Shown: piece by piece, positions 38,015 through 50,742 of the stretch
Layout of the letters: each line of letters begins with the position of its first letter
How positions within the stretch are numbered: the stretch's first letter is position 1
NCBI RefSeq assembly: GCF_006345805.1
Contig: NC_043012.1
Location: 27,156,001-27,220,000 of the forward strand
Source: Octopus sinensis
Lineage: Eukaryota
Direction: 5' to 3'
Length of the DNA stretch: 64,000 bases
Program-made: the position numbers and the translations under genes
Notes under the pieces: model-generated
The model's database searches: none
What the model was told of the DNA's origin: nothing
The model's input: only the letters and a program-made list of their open reading frames with translations

Positions 38015-41000
38015 ATTTCTTTTTTTACTTGTTTCAGTCATTTGACTGTGGCCATGCTGGAGTACCAACTTTAGTCGAACAAATCAACCCAAGGGCTTAT
38101 TCTTTGTAAGCCTAGTACTTATTCTATCGGTCTCTTTCGCCGAACCACTAAGTTACAGGAGATGTAAACACACCAACACCGGTGTCAAGTGATGATGGGG
38201 GTACAAACAGAGAAACACAAATACATAAAGTAATTGATGGGTAGATAAAGTAATTGAGGTAATCAGAGTATGTGACAGAATACTTAAGATTAGATTAGTG
38301 CTTCATCATGGATTAGCAACCATTATATCGGCCTATGCTCCTCAGCCGGGGTTACCCGATGGACAGAAAGACCGATTCTATGACACACTGCTGCAGACTA
38401 CCTCGTTGACGAACGACAGAGACCTTCTCTTTGTGGCTGGTGACTTCAATGGTCACGTTGGATGACATGCTGGGGGCTTCCATGGCGTACATGGAGGCTA
38501 TGGCTATGGTTCCCGCAACGAGGAGGGAACCAGGCTGCTGGAGTTCTGCGATGCAAATAATCTTATGATTTGCAACACTAACTTCAGGAAACCTACCAGC
38601 CACCTAGTCACCTACCGATCGGGCCAACATACCAGCCAAATTGACTACATTCTTGCCAGGCAAAGGGAGAGATGGCTACTTATAAGTGCCAAAACCTTCC
38701 CAGGCGAAGGATGTACCCCACAACATAGACTGGTAGTTAGTGACTTTAGGATCAGGACTAGGAGGACAACCAGAAGACGACCAACATGGAGAAGAAGGAT
38801 CTGGAAGCTTAAAGATCCTGCGAATGGACAGAGATTTAGGGACATGCTACTTGAAGCCTTTGACGAAGTAGAAGGGGATAGAGTATCACATGGGGTAGAG
38901 GGTAACTGGACGTTTCTAAGGGACAACCTGCTGAGAGCCACAGACCAGATCTGTGGCTGGTGCAAAGTCCCCTCTCGTCCCAAGGTTACGTGGTGGTGGA
39001 ACAGTGTTGTAGACAGGGCTATTAGAGAAAAGAGACAGACTTGGAAACACTGTAAGAATGGTGGTAGCAGGGAATTGTATCAGACTGCTAAAAGGGAAGC
39101 TAGGAGACAGGTGTATTCAGCCAGAAGGGAAGCAGATAAGAAAAAATTTGCCAATGTTCTGCACCGTGAGGACCAAAGACTGGAGGTGTTTCGCGTTGCA
39201 AGACAGTGTGTGAGAGAGAATTGTAATGTGGTACGAGAGAAGTGTGTTTGCACAGAAGATGGTTCACTTGCGCTAAATGAGGATGCAAAGAGAGAGGTTT
39301 GGAGATGCCACTATAAAAGGTTGCTGAATATAGAAAATGAATGGGATAAAGAGAGTCTGCCGAATGTTAACCTAACAGAGGGACCAGCTATCAGAGTTGA
39401 TAGTTCCTTGGTAGTTAAGGCAATTAGAAGCATGAAGACAGGGAAAGCCCCAGGCCCATCAGGTATCACTGCAGAGATGCTCAAAATATCTGGTAGTGTC
39501 AGCTGTAGCCTAGTCACCCGTATAGTAAATAAGGTGATACACGAAGGAGTCATACCCAATGACTGGTGTAGCAGCATAATAGTCAACTGCTACAAAGGTA
39601 AATGTGACACCCTAGATACAAATAATTACAGAGGTATAAAGCTGTTGGATCAGGTGATGAAGGTTACAGAGAGGGTCATAGCCCAACTAATTAGAGAGAG
39701 AGTTAGTTTAGATGAGATGCAGTTTGGGTTCGTGCCAGGGAAAAGTACCACTGATGCTATATTCCTGGTAAGGCAGCTGCAGGATAAATACCTAGCCAAA
39801 GATAAGCCCCTGTACCTGGCTTTTGTTGACATGGAGAAAGCCTTCGACAGGGTCCCCCGATCCCTCATCTGGTGGTCAATGAGGAAACTAGGGATAGATG
39901 AATGGTTAGTGAGAGCTGTGCAATCCATGTACAGGGACGCTGCTAGTAAGGTGAGGGTTGGCAACGAGTACAGTGAAGAATTCCGGGTAGAGGTAGGGGT
40001 CCACCAAGGCTCAGTCCTCAGCCCCCTCCTATTTATCATAGTCCTCCAGGCAATAACGGAGGAATTCAAGACAGGATGCCCCTGGGAGCTCCTCTATGCT
40101 GATGACCTTGCTCTAATTGCTGAGTCACTATCAGAACTGGAGAAGTTTCAGGTGTGGAAGCAAGGTTTAGAATCGAAGGGCCTTAGAGTCAATCTAGCTA
40201 AAACCAAAGTCGTAATAAGTAGGAAGGTAGACAAATCACAAACGCCTTCAGGTAGATGGCCCTGCTCGATCTGTAGAAAAGGTGTAGGTAGAAACTCTAT
40301 AAGATGCACCAAGTGTAAGCTATGGACACATAAGAGGTGCAGCAATGTCAAAGGAATGCTATCTAGGAAGATGGTTTTTGCATGTGGCAGATGCTCGGGA
40401 GCATTAACCTCTGAAAATCTGCAGAAAACAACTTCCGTCACTTTCCAGGGGGAAAAACTAGAAGTAGTTGATAGCTTCCGTTATCTTGGTGACCAAGTCA
40501 GTAGTGGGGGTGGGTGTGCTGAAAGTGTAACAGCTAGAGTAAGAATAGCCTGGGCAAAGTTTAGGGAGCTCTTACCTCTGCTGGTGACTAAAGGCCTCTC
40601 GCTCAGAGTAAAAGGCAGACTGTATGATGCATGTGTACGAACAGCCATGCTACATGGCAGTGAAACATGGGCCGTGACTGCTGAGGACATGCGTACGCTT
40701 GCGAGAAATGAAGCCAGTATGCTCCGATGGATGTGTAATGTCAGTGTGCATGCTCGACAGAGCGTTAGTACCCTGAGAGAAATGTTGGACCTAAAGAGCA
40801 TCAGTTGTGGTGTGCAAGAGAGACGATTGCGTTGGTATGGTCATGTGGCAAGAATGGATGAAGATAGCTGTGTGAAAAAGTGCCAATCCCTAGCAGTGGA
40901 GGGAACCCGTGGAAGAGGTAGACCCAGGAAAACTTGGGACGAAGTGGTGAAGCACGACCTTCGAACTTTAGGTCTCACTGAGGAAATGACCAGCGACCGA

Positions 41001-41785
41001 GACCTTTGGAAATATGCTGTGCGTGAAAAGACCAGACAGGACAAGTGAGTCCAGCCCACTTATGAATGCCTTTCCTCCCTTGGACACACAAAGACCTGTT
41101 GAGGCAAGCGAAGTCGATATCAAACCTCATCCGACGACAGGCACCTATGCCAACCCCACTTTGCTTGCGAAGACCTGTTGGGGCAAGTGAAATCGAAATC
41201 GAACCAATCCTATGACTGGCACCTGGCAGATGCCAGGACCCCTGGACTGGAGATACATAAAAAGCACTATCCGAATCGTGGCCGATGCCAGGGCCGCCTC
41301 GACTGGCTTCCGTGTCGGTGGCACGTAAAAAGCACCATCCGAATCGTGGCCTAAGCCAGTGCCGCCTCGACTGGCGTCCATGCAGGTGGCACGTAAAATG
41401 CACCAATCCGACCGTGGCTGATGCCAGCCTCGCCTGGCACCAGTGCAGGTGGCACATAAAAAGCACCCACTACACTCATAGAGTGTTGGCGTTAGGAAGG
41501 GCATCCAGCTGTAGAAACATTGCCAGATAAGACCGGAGCCTGGTGCAGCCTTCTGGTTTCCCAGATCCCCGGTCAAACCGTCCAACCCATGCTAGCATGG
41601 AGAATGGACGTTAAACGATGATGATGATATGATGTGCCTCTATCAGATTCCATCTACCAAAGCCACTCACAAGGATTTGGTCGGCTCAAGGCTATAATAG
41701 AAGACACTTGTCGAAGGTGCCATTTAATGGGAGTGAACCTGGAACCATATGGTTGGGAAGCAAGCTTCTTACTACACAGTCACTA
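38015..41785 (-). mobile_element. tRNA-derived SINE (family B) split by the RTE insertion: 3' half 38015-38225, 5' half 41634-41785
   Basis: The minus strand starts agtgactgtgtagtaagaagcttgc...ggttccaggttcactccc (A/B-box-like). The 3' half matches a second copy at about 45695-45885. Confidence 0.75.
38237..41628 (+). mobile_element. Young RTE LINE, 5'-truncated within EN, near-intact ORF (EN C-term + RT + PHD-like finger)
   Basis: 827-aa ORF 38565-41048 with 'SQIDYIL', 'GKAPGPSGI', 'QFGFVPGKSTTDAIF', 'GVHQGSVLSPLLF', 'LLYADD'. The frame extends upstream to about 38238 with one TGA near 38463; (GAT)n tail. Confidence 0.96.
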
Positions 41786-42029
41786 TATATTTTTTAAAAC
41801 CTTTTCACTTACACTTTAGTAACATTACACACTGGTAATATTATTTCCCTAACTAACCACAGGAAGTCGCAGCCCCTAGGCATGGGACTAAAGGAAATTG
41901 AAACTGCAATTGTAACATTACCCTACCTAGGCACAAGGACCTGTGGCCTTCAGGTATCCGGCCCCCAAAGTCTTTTTCTTTCCAGGAGGTGAAAACATTC
42001 CTCCAATCCTTCCTCCTAGTTCTACAAGC

Positions 42030-44482
42030 TCAGAACTGGCACAATCAAAAAGGTAGGTCTGGAGAAATAGTTTTTTTTTTTCTGTGAAGGCAACAATGAA
42101 GGCCTAGGTGATGTAGGTATTCTACTTATCAGAGAAATGGGTGGATAAGGTGATTGAGGTAGTCAGAGTATGTGACAGGATTATTAAGCTAAGAATAGCC
42201 TTGTCTGATGTAACTGTGACAGTTATCTCTGCATATGCTCCACATGCTGGACTCACAAATGCTCAGAAGGACCACTTCTATGAATCTCTTCTGAGAACTA
42301 CCTTGATAATGAAAGACATTCTCATCATGGCAGGGGACTTCGATGGACATGTTGGACAACACTCCAATGAATTTCAGGGTGTACATGGTAGCTACAGCTT
42401 TAGCTCCAGAAATGACAAGGGGACAAAGCTGCTGGAGTTTTGCAATGCTCATGGCTTACTGGTCTGCAACCCCAACTTCAAAAAAGATGCCAACCATTTG
42501 ATCACTTACCAATCTGGGGGACACACCAGCCAGATTGATTACATCCTCACCAGACACAGGATAGATACATGTTTGTAAGTGCAAAATCCTTCCCAGGAGA
42601 AGAATGTAGAACTCAACGTAAGCTAGTGATTAGGGACTTCAGGCTTAGGGCCAGAACAATCCTGAGAAGCAAACCAATAAAGAAAAGGAGGTTATGGCAG
42701 TTCAAGGATCCCTCAACTGGGCAGAGATTTAGAGATATCCTTAATGAGGCCTATGATGAGAAGCAGGGAGAGATAGAAACATGTCGTAGAGGACAACTGG
42801 AGGTTCCTGTAGCACAATCTACTGAGGGCAACAGGCCAAATTTATGGTTGGTGCAAAATGGTGGAACAGTGATGTTGATAGGGCCATAAAAGAGAAAAGA
42901 TGGGCCTAGAATGAGTGGCAAAGAAAGGGTGGTAACAAAGAATCTTATCAGAAGGTTGAAAGGGAGGCTAGATGTCAGGTCTATCTAGCTCGGGTAGAAG
43001 CAAAAAAGAAGAGGTTTGCCAAAGTCCAACAGCATAATGATCAGAGACTTGAAATGTTCGAGATTGCCAGACAGTGTGTCAGTGAAAATCGGGATATTGT
43101 ATGCTTGCACTCAATGATATGGACAAGAAAGAAGCATGAAAAAGTTACTATGTAAGACTGTTGAATGTAGAGAATAAATGGCATAAAGGGGGTCTCCCTC
43201 ATGTGAGCCCAACAGAGGGACCAGCTATCCTAGTGGACAGCAGTATGGTAGATAAGGCAATTAAAAGCATGAAAACTGAGAAGTCCATCTGGAATCACAG
43301 CTGAGATCCTCAAAATGTCTGGTAAGGTATGGCACGGGCTGGTCACCAGCATAGTTAATCAGGTCATTCAAGAAGGTGTAGTACCCAGTGACATAGAAGC
43401 ATAATTGTTAGCTGATACAAGGGTAAGGCTGGTGCATTAGGCAGAAGCAAATATAGAGGCATCAAACTCCTAGACCAGGTGATGAAAATCACAGAGTTAT
43501 TGCCCAATTAATTAGGAGCGGAATTAAGCTAGATGAAATGCAGTTTAGCTTTGTCTGGGGTAAAAGCACTACTGGTGCTAATTTCACAGTCAGGCAACTT
43601 AGCTAAGAATGATCCATTATACCTGGTATTCATTGATCTAGAGAAAGTCTTTGATGGAGTGCCCAACTGTGTGATATGATGGGCTGTGAGTAGGCTAGGG
43701 ATAGATGAGTGGCTGGTAAAAGCTCTACAAGCCATGTCAGTAAGATAAGAGTTAACCACAAGTATAGCAAAGAATTTGGTGTACAGGTAGGAGTTCATCA
43801 AGGCTCAGTCCTTAGTCCTCTCCTTTTCACCATTGTCTTCCAGGCCATAACAGAGGAATTCAAGACTGGCAGCCCCTGGGAACTACTATGTGCTAAAGAT
43901 CATGCCCTCATAGTGGATTCCATATCAGAGCTAGATGAAAAATTTCAGGTGTGGAAGCAAAACCTTGAATCAAAGGGCCTGAAGATTAACTTAGTAAAGT
44001 GGGAGACCCAGGAAGACATGAGATGAAGTAGTGAAGAATGACCTCAGAAAGCTGAACCTTTGAGGTGAGATGACAAAAGGCCAAGATACCTGGTGTCTGA
44101 CTGTATTCAAGAAAACCCATATCCTGCAGCAGAAGTGTTAAGACCAATCCTTCTGGTTGTGTAAAGCACTCATGTGATGCCATGTAAAAAAACTAATGCA
44201 GTGACATGTAAAAGCACTCATGCAGTGTCACGTAAAAATGCCTATGTGGTGCCATGTAAAAGCACTTGCGCAGTGCCATGTAAAAGCACTTGCGCAGTGC
44301 CATGTAAAAGCATCCAGCACACTCTGTAAAGTGGTTGGCATTAGGAAGGGCATCTAGCCATAGAAACCATGCCAAATCAAGCTGGACTCTGGTGCAGCTC
44401 CCTAGCTTGCCAGCTCTGGTCACACTGTCCAACCTATGCCAACATGGACAACTGATGTTAATTGAGGATGATGATGATGATA
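42030..44482 (+). mobile_element. Old RTE LINE with internal deletion
   Basis: 'ISAYAPH...AGDFDGHVG...SQIDYIL', 'GVHQGSVLSPLLF'; 22-bp tandem repeats in the 3' UTR; GAT tail. Confidence 0.88.
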
Positions 44483-45144
44483 ATGACTTTCTACTGTATG
44501 TGTTCATACATTTTTTCCTGAGCTTTCTCTATAATTATTAATCTTATTCTTTCTACCTTTCACCTCTGTTCCTATCAACTTACCTTCAGCTTTCAGTTAT
44601 CTTCAATACATAACATTAGTTACCCCAGGGTTCATAACCGTGTACTAGCCTCTTTCTTCACCGACCCCCAACACTGTACCCTATATTATTTATTCTTCTC
44701 TGCCTTGTTACCTTCTCACAAGTTTGTCTTCTTTCTCTTCCCTTTCTGGCTTTCTTTCTTCTCCCTCCTCTTTTTTCTGTCTTTAACTTTTTACTTTGAA
44801 TCTCTGTCCAATATTGCTAACATTTCTTCTTTCTTTTTCTTTATTTCTGGTATCATATATTTTTTGTATAATTCTTTACTTATTTAATTTTTCATCTATA
44901 GCTTTATTTTTATCTTTTATTGTAATTTTAACTTTCAACTACCTAATTTTGCAACACTATTATTCCTTTTAATTATTTGCAATTCATATTTCTGGATATA
45001 TTCAGTTCCTTTTTCACAAATAATATTTTTTTGATTTGATTATTAATTATTGTTTATTCCACCAGTACAGTTAACCACCTCTGACAGCCTTACCACACTT
45101 ATTTATTTATTTTTTTAAAATCAATCACTCAATCAAATTTAACT

Positions 45145-45238
45145 GCATGTAGCCTGGTGCAGCCATCTGGTTCGCCAGCCCTCAGTCAAATCATCCAACC
45201 CATGCTAGCATGGAAAGCTGACATTAAACGATGATGAT
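45145..45238 (+). mobile_element. RTE 3' tail fragment
   Basis: Near-identical to 52562-52650. Confidence 0.8.
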
Positions 45239-45369
45239 TGAATTGTAAAGACAACATTCAATTATATTAATATTATACTAGCTGGACCCATGAAAAATTC
45301 ACAGAAAACATAAAAAATGTAAGCATCTGTAAACAATGTACTGGTGCCATGAGAAATGTTTGTATATTA

Positions 45370-45520
45370 TGACCGTCTGTCTTTATGTTCTGAGTTCAAA
45401 TTCTGCTGAAGTCAACTTTGCCTTTTGTCCTTTGGGGCTCGATAAATTAAGTACCAGTTGTGTACTGGGGTCAATCTAATCAACTGGGCCCCTCCCCACA
45501 AAATTTTCAGGCCTAGAAAA
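45370..45520 (+). mobile_element. 5'-truncated family-A SINE
   Basis: Similarity to 4150-4300. Confidence 0.75.
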
Positions 45521-45694
45521 GTATATTGTGACAGTTACAGAATATAGAAAGTAATGTAACACCAATGACTATATAATCCAACCAAAATATCTCAGTTACA
45601 CAAACGTAAACGGAATTACTATTTAACCTTAGAATACATCGTACATATTCAAAGAACCTTCTTGGTTTAGTGGTACAGAACGTTTTTCTGGTAT

Positions 45695-45885
45695 CCTTTT
45701 ATTCTTTTACTTATTTCAGTTATTTGGCGGTGGCTATGCTAGAGCACCGTCCTTTAGTCAAAGAAATTGACCCCTGTAAGCTTGGTGCTTATTTTATCAG
45801 TCTCTTCTGCTGAACAGCTAAATTACAGAGACGCAAACGCACCAGTATTGGTGTGAAGCAATGGTGGTGATGGGACAAACATAGA
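45695..45885 (-). mobile_element. Family-B SINE fragment
   Basis: Similarity to 38015-38225. Confidence 0.7.
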
Positions 45886-45987
45886 AACATACACACACAT
45901 ATGGTGATGCTGGTTGGTAGATCCAGCGCAAAATCATATACATACAAACATATACATACATGCACACACATACACAAACACATATAG

Positions 45988-46840
45988 AGGCGTCACATGT
46001 GCTTGCTACAAAGGCAGACGATAAAATGTCTAGTGAGGCTACACAAGCGGAAAAGTCTAAAGTTAATTTTGCGAGTGCAGCAACTCACTCCTGTGAAAAT
46101 ATGCTTTTGTTCCAAGATTTTAATATTGTTAACAATTACTACCAACTTTGTTTCTGAAATTTACATGTATATAAAACAAAACTTACCCCATCATCTAGCT
46201 CACAAGTGGAAAAGTCTAAAATTAATTTTGTGAGTGCAGCAACTCACTCCTGTGAAAATACTCAAATAAACAAGGACGATTAAAAAAGATATCAAAGTTT
46301 ACTGCAAAAGGAAGGTGGAAATGTGAAGTTGCTCCCTCCCAGTGAATTAATCAACACGACGGAGAGAAAAACACTGCTATATAAGACTTATCATGTCAAA
46401 AATAGAAAAATTGACTTCATGATGAGGGAAGCCATAGAGAAATGCTTGAGGCCAATATGGCAACAAACAAGTTATATAGCAAGGGGTAGTTGCTTCGGCA
46501 CTGTAGAAGTGCATTTCCTTAGCAAACAAAATGCGAGGGAACATTCAACAACAACAATGAAGTCGGAAGAGATAATTCTCCTGCCGACTTACTTAGGAAG
46601 GAGAACTTCAAAAGTCAGGGTCAGTGATATACAACCAACCTGCCTTCCAGATCTATAAAGACAGTTCTAATCTCTAAATCCAAGTTTTTCCTGACTAGCA
46701 CTGCCACTCCTAGGAGGAAAGATAAGAAAATAGTTAGCTGTTCACAACACTATATCACCAGTTACAGCGATCACAAATTAGTGACCTGTACGCTTGACCT
46801 AGATAGTATGTGTAGATGAAGCAGTTACTGGAAGCTAATA
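45988..46840 (+). mobile_element. L1/Tx1-clade LINE fragment (ORF1 start plus EN C-terminus)
   Basis: ORF1-like 'MSSEATQAEKSKVNFASAA...YIARGSCFGTVEVHF...LLPTYLGRR..KVRV'; EN end 'YITSYSDHKLVTCTL...SYWKL'. Confidence 0.6.
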
Positions 46841-46844
46841 TACC

Positions 46845-48470
46845 TTGAGCTTCAGTCATACATGGTCCTTAAAAGATAAAGGTGTCACTTACAACACCCA
46901 ATAGAAGATCTCAGCCAAGTGTAAGCCCTACACCAACGGCAGTGGAAAGTGTGGTCTTTGTGACATGGAAAGATGGCTCATCTGGAAAAGCAGCTTAGAC
47001 CCCGCCACATGTCTAAATTCAAGAACTGAACTTTTTGGATCATGTCCACACGTGGCTAAATATTTGTTACATTTTTGGTCCCCATTCAAGATTATAAATA
47101 GGACTTGCTTTCTATATTGTGTCCACGTACAAGCTTTTTATCTCTCTATACTTTTTACTTATATTTCATATATATTTTTTATATTGTTATATTTCGGAAT
47201 GGTCATATTGCCAGTTTAGCCAATAAAAATCTTGCACAACAAATATTTAAACATATTTTTTATATATATTTGTTTTTTATATATTTTACATATTTATAGA
47301 GATATTGTTTTATAGGTTTTTTGCTCATATATATCTTTTACACATATTTTTTTGTATTCTACCTTCCATCCTGCATTTTCCCTGTGCGTATATAGACGCG
47401 TATATGGAATCTTTTGTGCGCGCATGTGGATGTGTGCATGTGTGTGTGGTATGTGCATGCATGCGAGTATGTGCATATATGGACGTGTTTTACTCTTATT
47501 GCTTATTTTTTACACATTTTTCTGTATTTTGCCTTTAGCCCTGTTTTTTCTTGTGCATGTGCATATATAGATGTGTGTATGAACCTTTTTTGTGTGCGTG
47601 TGTGTGTGCATATATAGATGTGTGCAGGTATGCGCGAATATAGACGTGTGTGTGTGTGTGTGTGTGTGTGTGCATGCATACGAGTATGTGTGTATACAGA
47701 CATATTTTATTATTATTGCTTATTTTTCCACACTTTTTTTACACTTTTTTCTGTATTTTGCCTTTAGCCCTGTTTTTTCTTGTGCATGAGCGTATATAGA
47801 CGTGTGCATGTACCTTTTTTGTGCGTGCATGTGTGTAAGCGGGTATGTATACATTTTCTGGCAAATGTGTGGGTGAGCATGTGTGTGTTTCAAGTGAGGG
47901 TGGATGAGTGTATACACATAAGCACATGTACGTGGGTGTGCAGGTGCGCATGTGTATGTGTGGACATGTGCGCTTACGTGAATACTATGAACATTTTTAC
48001 TCCCTTACATTTACTCCTTCCCCTCAATGGTCATTCTACTAGCTCTTTTGTCTTAATAACAGTCGATCACACAGTAATTTCCCTTTGTTTAACGGTCATT
48101 TTCATAGCATTTTTTCAATGGCCAGATAACTAAAGAGATGGCGACGTGGGTTTCCGCCCCAACATCCGAAACACGGAATTTTATCATGGCTATCGAATAA
48201 TTGTCACATATATTTACAGATAAATTCCTCTATTTACATAATATTGGGGTCTCTTTCATTTTTTTGTTGTCTTACCATTTCTATCAGTAAACATATATAT
48301 ATATATATTGTTATAAATCGGAATGGTCATATTGCCAGTTTAGCCAATAAAAACACACGCACTATATATTTGGTGTCATTATGACCATTCCGAAATATAA
48401 CAATATCTGTTTCAACACACGACTTCACATAAAAAATCCTGCACAACAAATATTTAAACGTATATATATA
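46845..48470 (+). mobile_element. Naiad-type Penelope 3' end plus TG-rich LTR with hammerhead relic
   Basis: 'WSLKDKGVTY...KCKPYTNGSGKCGLCDMERWLI...CLNSRTELFGSCPHVAKYLL'. cggaatggtcatattgccagtttagccaataaaaa is repeated (47195, 48319), with inverted copies near 48380. Decayed HHR at 48121-48190. Confidence 0.75.
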
Positions 48471-48481
48471 TATATATATAT

Positions 48482-50263
48482 ATCATCATCATTTAGCGTC
48501 CGCTTTCCATGCTAGCATGCGTTGGATGGTTCAACTGGGGTCTGATCTGGCAATGTTTCTACAGCTGGATGCCCTTCCTAACGCCAACAACTCTGTGAGT
48601 GTAGTGGGTGCTTTTTACATGCCAGACGGGTCTGGCAAACGGCCACGGTCGGATGGTGCTTTTTACGTGCCACCGGCATGGAGGCCCGTCGGGGCGGCGC
48701 TGGCAACGGCCACATTCGGATGGTTCGCTTACGTGCTACCGGCACTGGTATTACAGCTACAATTTCCATTGATGTTGATCGATTTCGATTCTTACTTGCC
48801 TCAACAGGTCTTCACAAGTAGAGTTTTGTGTCCCAAGAAGGAAAGGTATGCATAAGTGGACTAGATACATCCCAGGTAGAGGCCATGGGTTATGGCCTTA
48901 CTTGTCTTGCCGGGTCTTCTCGCGCACAGCACACTTCCAGAGGTCTCGGTCTCTAGTCATTTCCTCGGTGAGACCTAAAGTTTGAAGGTCGTACTTCACC
49001 ACCTCGACCCAGGTTTTCCTGGGTCTACCTCTTTCACAGGTTCCCTCAACCGCTAGGGTGTGGGCACTTTTTCACACAACTATCTTCATCCGTTCTCGTC
49101 ACATGACCATACCAGTGCAAACGTCTCTCTTGCACACCACAACTGATGCTTATTAGGTCCAACTTTTCTCTCAAGGTACTTACACTATCGAGTATGAACA
49201 CTGACATTACACATCCATCGAAGCATGCTGGCTTCATTTCTTGCGAGCTTATGCATATCCTCAGCAGTCACGGCCCATGTTTCACTACCATGTAGCATGG
49301 CTGTTCGTACACATGCATCATACAGTCTGCCTTTTACTCTGAGCGAGAGGCCTTTTGTCACCAGCATGGGTAAGAGCTCTCTGAACTTTGCTCAGGCTAT
49401 TCTTACTCTAGCAGTTACACTTTTAGCACACCCACTTGGTCTCCTAGGTAACGGAAGCTATCAACTATTTCTAGTTTTTCTCCCTGGAATGTGGTGGAAT
49501 GTGGTGGAAGTTGGTCTCTCTCATTTTCAGTGTTTATTGCTCCCGAGCATCTGCCACATACAAAAACTTTTTTCCTAGATAGCCTTCTTTTGACATTGCT
49601 GCACCTCTTATGTGTCCATAGCTTACACTTGGTGCATCTTGTAGAGTTTCTACCTATGCCTTTTCTACAGATCAAGCAGGGCCATCTACCTGATGGCATT
49701 TGTGATTTGTCTACCTTCCTACTTATTAAGACTTTGGTTTTAGCTAGGTTGACTCTAAGGCCCTCCGATTCTAATCTTTGCTTCCACACCTGAAACTTCT
49801 CCAGTTCTGATAGTGACTCAGCAATTAGAGCAAGGTCATCAGCATAGAGGAGCTCCCAGGGGTAACCTGTCTTGAATTCCTCCGTTATTGCCTGGCGGAC
49901 TATGATAAATAGGAGGGGGCTGAGGACTGAACCTTGGTGGACCCCAACCTCTACCCGGAATTCTTCACTGTACTCATTGCCAACCCTCACCTTACTAGCA
50001 GCGTCCCTGTACATGGCTCGCACAGCTCTCACTAACTATTCATCTATCCCTAGTTTTCTCATTGACCACCAGATAAGGGATCGGGGGACCCTGTCAAAAG
50101 CTTTCTCCATGTCAACAAAAGCCAGGTACAGGGGCTTATCTTTGGCTAGGTATTTCTCCTGCAGCTGTCTTACCAGGAATATAGCATCAATAGTACTTTT
50201 CCCTGGCACGAACCCAAACTGCATCTCATCTAAACTAACTCTCTCTCTAATTAGTTGGGCTAT
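48482..50263 (-). mobile_element. 5'-truncated RTE LINE
   Basis: RT motifs in ORFs 50036-50224, 49415-50032 and 49185-49367; 3' UTR and GAT tail; inserted in (TA)n. Confidence 0.95.
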
Positions 50264-50742
50264 ATATATGTGTGTCTGTGTATATATATATATATAAAAA
50301 CATATATTCCAAGAAAGCTAGACGTTGTGATCCAACCAACTAAGGGATAATATCTATCCAATATACTAATGGTAGAATACCCAATTATTAATTAATTTCA
50401 ACCCGTTTAACTACCTTGTATTTCTGCGCGCTTGATTAACCTTTATTAGTTTATCTCTATTCTGTTTTATTCTGTCTATTTCAGCACCATGCCATCATCT
50501 TAAATATATTACTCTATAGTTTTGTCTTACTTATCGATGTCTAAGATAACCTTAGCTCATGCATTTCCCTTTAATCCGCAACATATTCCCTCAAACATCT
50601 ATGAAAGTTCATCACACAGTCATTCGTCTAATTTTGTCTTAGACTGGCTCTCAGATTCTTCAATTCTCTTTACTATTACCAACATTTCCTGTCCCATTAA
50701 ATTAACTATGCCACTACCGCGTGTAGCATCCCCTCTCTCTCT

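Noticed and set aside
38645-41059. Several 100-140 aa antisense ORFs (also at 49225-51887 and 57673-59832)
   Set aside because: Shadows of LINE ORFs on the opposite strand.
44155-44320. 22-bp tandem repeats resembling a CRISPR-like array
   Set aside because: No unique spacers, eukaryotic context, and it is the RTE 3' UTR module.
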